Part shown: piece by piece, positions 59,876 to 64,000 of the stretch
Position numbering within the stretch: the first letter of the stretch is position 1
How the letters are laid out: every line of letters begins with the position of its first letter
From: Candidatus Latescibacterota bacterium
GTDB taxonomy: Bacteria; Latescibacterota; UBA2968; GCA-2709665
DNA length: 64,000 bases
Assembly: GCA_965219455.1 (NCBI GenBank)
Contig: OZ244744.1
Span: forward strand, 2,688,001-2,752,000
Direction of reading: 5' to 3'
Notes under the pieces: generated by a model
Seen by the model: the letters and a program-made list of their open reading frames with translations, nothing else
What the model was told of the DNA's origin: nothing
The model's database searches: none
Position numbers and translations under genes: made by a program

Positions 59876-61045
59876 ATGAAAATCCACGAATACCAGGCCA
59901 AAGAAATCCTCAAGTCGTATGACGTTCCCGTACCCGACGGACGTCTGGCCACAACGGCAGACGAGGCCAGAAGCGCGGCGGCCGAACTCGGCGGCGCCGT
60001 CGTCGTCAAGGCCCAGGTCCACGCCGGCGGCCGGGGCAAGGGCGGCGGGATCAAACTCGCCAGGGATCCGGACGAGGCCTACGGATATGCCGGGGACATG
60101 ATCGGACGGAAACTCGTCACCCCTCAGACCGGTCCTGAGGGGCAGAACGTCAAACAGGTGTGGATCGAAAACGCCACCGATATCGCCCGCGAACTCTACC
60201 TGGGCGTGGTCCTGGACCGGGATCGGTCCAGGCTGGTCATCATGGCTTCCAGCGAGGGTGGGATGGACATCGAAGAAGTGGCCGCCGAAACGCCCGAAAA
60301 AATCCTGAGGGAAACCGTCGACCCGGCGGTCGGGCTTCAGCCCTTCCAGGCACGCCGGCTGGCATTCGGCCTCGGCCTGGAATCCGGAGCGTACAAACAG
60401 GGGGTGCGGTTCATCGACCGGCTCTACGCAGCCTACGTGGGCACCGACTGTTCCCTGGCCGAAATCAACCCCCTTGTGGTCACCGCCGACGACAACCTCG
60501 TGGCCCTGGACGCCAAAATGAATTTCGACGACAACGCGCTCTTCCGCCACGGAGACATCCGGGAACGGCGCGACACCGACGAGGAAGACCCTCTGGAAGT
60601 GGATGCCTCCAAATTCGACCTCAACTACATCAAACTCGACGGCGAGGTCGGCTGCATGGTCAACGGCGCCGGTCTGGCCATGGCCACCATGGATATTGTG
60701 AAACATGCGGGATCGTCCCCCGCGAATTTCCTGGACGTAGGTGGGGGCGCCAACGTGGAACGGGTTGAGAACGCCTTCCGTATCCTTCTGTCCGACGCCG
60801 GCGTCAAGGCCGTGCTCATCAACATTTTCGGTGGTATCGTGCGTTGCGACCGGGTCGCCGAGGGTGTCGTCCAGGCGCTCGAGAAGTTTTCCGTAGACCT
60901 GCCGATCGTGGTACGCCTGCAGGGTACAAACGCCGAAGAGGGCGCGCGGATTCTGGAGAACTCGGATCTGAAATTCACGGTAGCCCGCGAGTTGAAAGAG
61001 GCGGCGGAAGCGGTTGTGGCAGCGGTTCGCGGCGATAGCCGATAG
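59876..61045 (+). CDS. sucC: Succinyl-CoA synthetase beta subunit
   Basis: [35 protein letters not shown]. Confidence 0.97.
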   Translation: MKIHEYQAKEILKSYDVPVPDGRLATTADEARSAAAELGGAVVVKAQVHAGGRGKGGGIKLARDPDEAYGYAGDMIGRKLVTPQTGPEGQNVKQVWIENATDIARELYLGVVLDRDRSRLVIMASSEGGMDIEEVAAETPEKILRETVDPAVGLQPFQARRLAFGLGLESGAYKQGVRFIDRLYAAYVGTDCSLAEINPLVVTADDNLVALDAKMNFDDNALFRHGDIRERRDTDEEDPLEVDASKFDLNYIKLDGEVGCMVNGAGLAMATMDIVKHAGSSPANFLDVGGGANVERVENAFRILLSDAGVKAVLINIFGGIVRCDRVAEGVVQALEKFSVDLPIVVRLQGTNAEEGARILENSDLKFTVARELKEAAEAVVAAVRGDSR

Positions 61046-61067
61046 TGTGCAGTAGCGACTGACAGTG

Positions 61068-61212
61068 CCCCACCCCCTTTAACGTCCCCTATTCCCTCGG
61101 GAGAGGGGGTTGGGGGGAGAGGTCCTCCCCCTTTCCTTTAGGAGAGGGGGCCGGGGGGAGAGGTCCCGCGCCGTCGCTGTTGAATTTGTAGGGGCAACCC
61201 TTGTGGTTGCCC
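61068..61212. repeat. C/G-rich palindromic repeat cluster plus REP copy (61187-61212)
   Basis: GGAGAGGGGG..GGGGGGAGAGGTCC occurs twice; REP copy matches 9788. Confidence 0.7.
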
Positions 61213-61392
61213 ACGGGGCGGTACGGATATCGGCCGTACACAAGGATGGCTGCAAAGAATGCAGCCATCCCTTTTGGCATATGACACAATAGCATATTTA
61301 TGCAGATATGACAGTATCTTAGTAGATCGAGGATGGATGTCGTATTCGATATCTACTTATATTCCATATATTTAAGTAAATTTCTAACGCCT

Positions 61393-61408
61393 TGGTACTC
61401 TTGTTGCT
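61393..61408 (+). promoter_or_regulatory. Sigma54 promoter candidate for the FmdB-dnaK operon
   Basis: TGGTACT-CTTG-TTGCT with correct GG/GC spacing and an AT-rich upstream tract. Confidence 0.5.
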
Positions 61409-61466
61409 TTTAATGGAACCGTCGATACTTTTATCAATCCGAGGCTCAAAGAAAAGGAAGCCGTTT

Positions 61467-61760
61467 ATGCCCACATATGACTACGTTTGTGAAGCGTGTA
61501 GCCATGAATTCGAGCATTTTCAGAGCATTACGTCGTCTTCACTGCGCAAATGTCCGGAATGCGGCGAACGAAAGCTGAAGCGGCTCATCGGCGCCGGCGC
61601 CGGGCTCCTCTTCAAAGGATCGGGATTCTATATCACCGACTACCGGAGCGACGGATATAAAGAGGCCGCAAAAAAAGACGCCCCGAAAGACAAGAAACAG
61701 GATTCAAAAGACAAGAGCGGCAGCGGCGCCAAGTCCAAGAACAAGGAAAAAGCGGCATAA
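61467..61760 (+). CDS. FmdB family zinc-ribbon protein
   Basis: MPTYDYVCEAC...CPECG...FKGSGFYITDY. Confidence 0.92.
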   Translation: MPTYDYVCEACSHEFEHFQSITSSSLRKCPECGERKLKRLIGAGAGLLFKGSGFYITDYRSDGYKEAAKKDAPKDKKQDSKDKSGSGAKSKNKEKAA

Positions 61761-61794
61761 AACACGTCGGATTCTATAGAAAGGAATTCAACCA

Positions 61795-63714
61795 ATGGGC
61801 AAAGTTATCGGAATCGACCTGGGAACGACCAACTCGTGTGTGGCCGTTATGGAGGGGGGCGATCCCGTCGTGATTCCCAATGCCGAGGGCGGGCGTACCA
61901 CGCCTTCGGTGATCGCGTTCACCAAAGACGACGAACGCCTCGTAGGGCAGGTGGCGAAACGACAGGCGGTGACGAATCCGCAGAACACCGTCTATTCCAT
62001 TAAACGATTCATGGGCAGGCGCTACGAGGAAGTGCCCACTGAAATTGGAGAAGTGCCCTACGAAGTCAAGAGAGAGAGTAACGGCCTCGCTACCGCAAAA
62101 CTGGGTGACAAGACGTATACGCCTCCCGAGATCTCGGCCATGGTCCTCCAGAAAATGAAGCAGACGGCCGAAGAATACCTCGGCGAAACCGTTACGGAAG
62201 CCGTGATCACGGTCCCGGCTTACTTCAACGACGCTCAGCGCAAAGCCACCACGGACGCGGGGAAAATTGCCGGCCTGGACGTGAAGCGCATCGTCAACGA
62301 ACCCACGGCCGCGTCATTGGCCTACGGCCTGGACAAGAAGACAGATGAGATCATCGCCGTCTACGATCTGGGCGGCGGCACGTTCGACATTTCCATTCTG
62401 GAACTGGGCGACGGCGTTTTCGAAGTCAAATCCACCAACGGGGATACCCACCTGGGCGGCGATGACTTCGATCAGCGCATCATCGACTGGCTCGCGGCGG
62501 AATTCCAGCGGGAGAACCGCATCGACCTGCGTAACGACCCGATGGCGCTGCAGCGCCTGAAGGAAGCAGCCGAAAAAGCCAAATGCGAGCTTTCCAGTTC
62601 CCTGCAGACGGATGTCAATCTGCCTTTTGTCACGGCCGATGCGTCCGGTCCCAAGCATATGAACCTGACCCTGTCGAGGGCCAAATTCGAGCAACTCGTG
62701 GAAGACCTGGTCGAACGCACCAGGAGGCCCTGTATCCAGGCGATCAAAGACGCGGGTGTTTCCCCGTCAGAGATCAACGAGGTCATTCTGGTTGGCGGCA
62801 GCACCCGCATTCCCAAAGTTCAGGAGGCGGTCAAGGAACTCTTCGGCAGAGAGCCGCACCGGGGAGTAAATCCCGACGAAGTGGTCGCGGTGGGCGCCGC
62901 CATCCAGGCCGGTGTGCTTTCGGGCGACGTCAAAGACGTGGTGCTGCTGGATGTGACCCCCCTGTCTCTGGGTATTGAAACACTGGGGGGTGTGATGACC
63001 AAGCTCATCGACCGTAACACCACCATTCCCACGAAGAAGTCGCAGGTATTCACAACCGCGGCCGACAGCCAGCCTTCGGTCGAGGTGCACGTGCTTCAGG
63101 GCGAACGGGATATGGCGGTTGACAACCGTACCATCGGTCGATTCCACCTGGACGGCATTCCGCCCGCGCCCCGCGGCACCCCACAGGTCGAAGTCGGCTT
63201 CGACATCGACGCCAACGGGATTATGAATGTTTCCGCCAAAGACATGGGCACGAACAAGGAACAGAGCATTCGCATCGAAGCCTCCTCGGGCCTGTCCGAC
63301 ACGGAAATCGACCGGATGGTCAGCGACGCCAAGGAGAACGCCGCCGAAGACAAGACGAGGCGCGAGGGCATCGAAGTTCGCAACCAGGCGGACCAGCAGG
63401 TTTACCAGACCGAAAAGCAACTCGGCGAAATGGGCGACAAAATCAGCGAAGATGCCAAGGCCAAGGTGCAGGCCGCGGTGGACCGGGTGAAGGAAACGCT
63501 CAAAGGCGAGAACGTGGACGAAATCAAATCCGCCACAGAAGCGCTCACCCAGGAATGGCACCAGGTGGCCAGCGAACTCTATTCGCAGGCATCGCAGGCG
63601 GGTCCCGAGGCCGGAGCTCCGGGCGATGCGGGACAGGCCGCCGGCGAACAGAAGAAAGACGACGGCGTCGTCGACGCCGAGTACGAAGTCGTGGATGACG
63701 ACAAACCGAAGTAA
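61795..63714 (+). CDS. dnaK: Chaperone DnaK
   Basis: [26 protein letters not shown]-terminal DAEYEVV. Confidence 0.98.
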   Translation: MGKVIGIDLGTTNSCVAVMEGGDPVVIPNAEGGRTTPSVIAFTKDDERLVGQVAKRQAVTNPQNTVYSIKRFMGRRYEEVPTEIGEVPYEVKRESNGLATAKLGDKTYTPPEISAMVLQKMKQTAEEYLGETVTEAVITVPAYFNDAQRKATTDAGKIAGLDVKRIVNEPTAASLAYGLDKKTDEIIAVYDLGGGTFDISILELGDGVFEVKSTNGDTHLGGDDFDQRIIDWLAAEFQRENRIDLRNDPMALQRLKEAAEKAKCELSSSLQTDVNLPFVTADASGPKHMNLTLSRAKFEQLVEDLVERTRRPCIQAIKDAGVSPSEINEVILVGGSTRIPKVQEAVKELFGREPHRGVNPDEVVAVGAAIQAGVLSGDVKDVVLLDVTPLSLGIETLGGVMTKLIDRNTTIPTKKSQVFTTAADSQPSVEVHVLQGERDMAVDNRTIGRFHLDGIPPAPRGTPQVEVGFDIDANGIMNVSAKDMGTNKEQSIRIEASSGLSDTEIDRMVSDAKENAAEDKTRREGIEVRNQADQQVYQTEKQLGEMGDKISEDAKAKVQAAVDRVKETLKGENVDEIKSATEALTQEWHQVASELYSQASQAGPEAGAPGDAGQAAGEQKKDDGVVDAEYEVVDDDKPK

Positions 63715-63733
63715 TCCACAATCGCAAATGAAC

Positions 63734-63772
63734 AGCGGAGGCGATTCCCTCGGGAATGGCCTCCGCTTTTTT
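63734..63772 (+). terminator. Intrinsic terminator after dnaK
   Basis: AGCGGAGGC...GCCTCCGCT followed by a T-run. Confidence 0.85.
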
Positions 63773-64000
63773 GTCTGGGATACACTCTCCCCCACCCCAT
63801 AACGTCCCCTATTTCCCTGCCCTTTTTCTTGCATCGCCCAAGAAAAAGGGCGAAAAAGAAGGGCGCCGCTCAGACGCCGCGGGGCTGCTTTTCCGCGAAT
63901 CGCCTCACGGGCTCACACGAACGGTAATGCCCTCCAAACGCTAGCGGTGAATATAGGCCAAGATGCTGGACGGAATAACGCGGAAAAACCCCTTCCCCAC

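Noticed and set aside
61392-61418. CIRCE element before dnaK
   Set aside because: Left half (TTGGTACTC) is similar, but the GAGTGCTAA right half is missing.

Overview
GC-rich chromosome segment from a diderm bacterium. Housekeeping blocks occupy both ends. Left: alpha-2-macroglobulin/pbpC, GT2, serS, hemE-hemH-hemY, clpP, sat. Right: moaC/moeA, SDR, rng-rplU-rpmA-mdh, acnA, LysR, gpmI, sucC, FmdB-dnaK. Between them is a variable region. A small AT-richer HNH islet sits at ~18.0-19.7 kb. A ~21.8 kb defence island (~25.6-47.4 kb) lies directly 3' of tRNA-Lys(CTT). Its scaffold is a type I R-M system whose hsdM, hsdS and hsdR are split apart by cargo, and HsdR carries a C-terminal AlbA_2/Schlafen domain. 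The cargo includes Fic, AbiEi/AbiEii, an AAA_21 ATPase with a deleted DUF4276-like partner, and several orphan antitoxins and toxin stumps. The most interesting element is an inverted five-gene cassette: XRE-HTH/ImmA peptidase, MBL hydrolase ending ...RAG-WQR, E2-E1-JAB fusion, membrane protein, second MBL hydrolase. It is a cyclase-free and ubiquitin-free conjugation system resembling type II CBASS Cap2/Cap3. Other observations: a voltage-gated channel with a TGGYAD filter and a Gly-rich insertion, an MFS gene with an apparent ATC start, a hidden 56-aa ORF behind a sigma54 promoter, and a duplicated AbiE operator. All calls come from reading motifs by eye; no searches were run.
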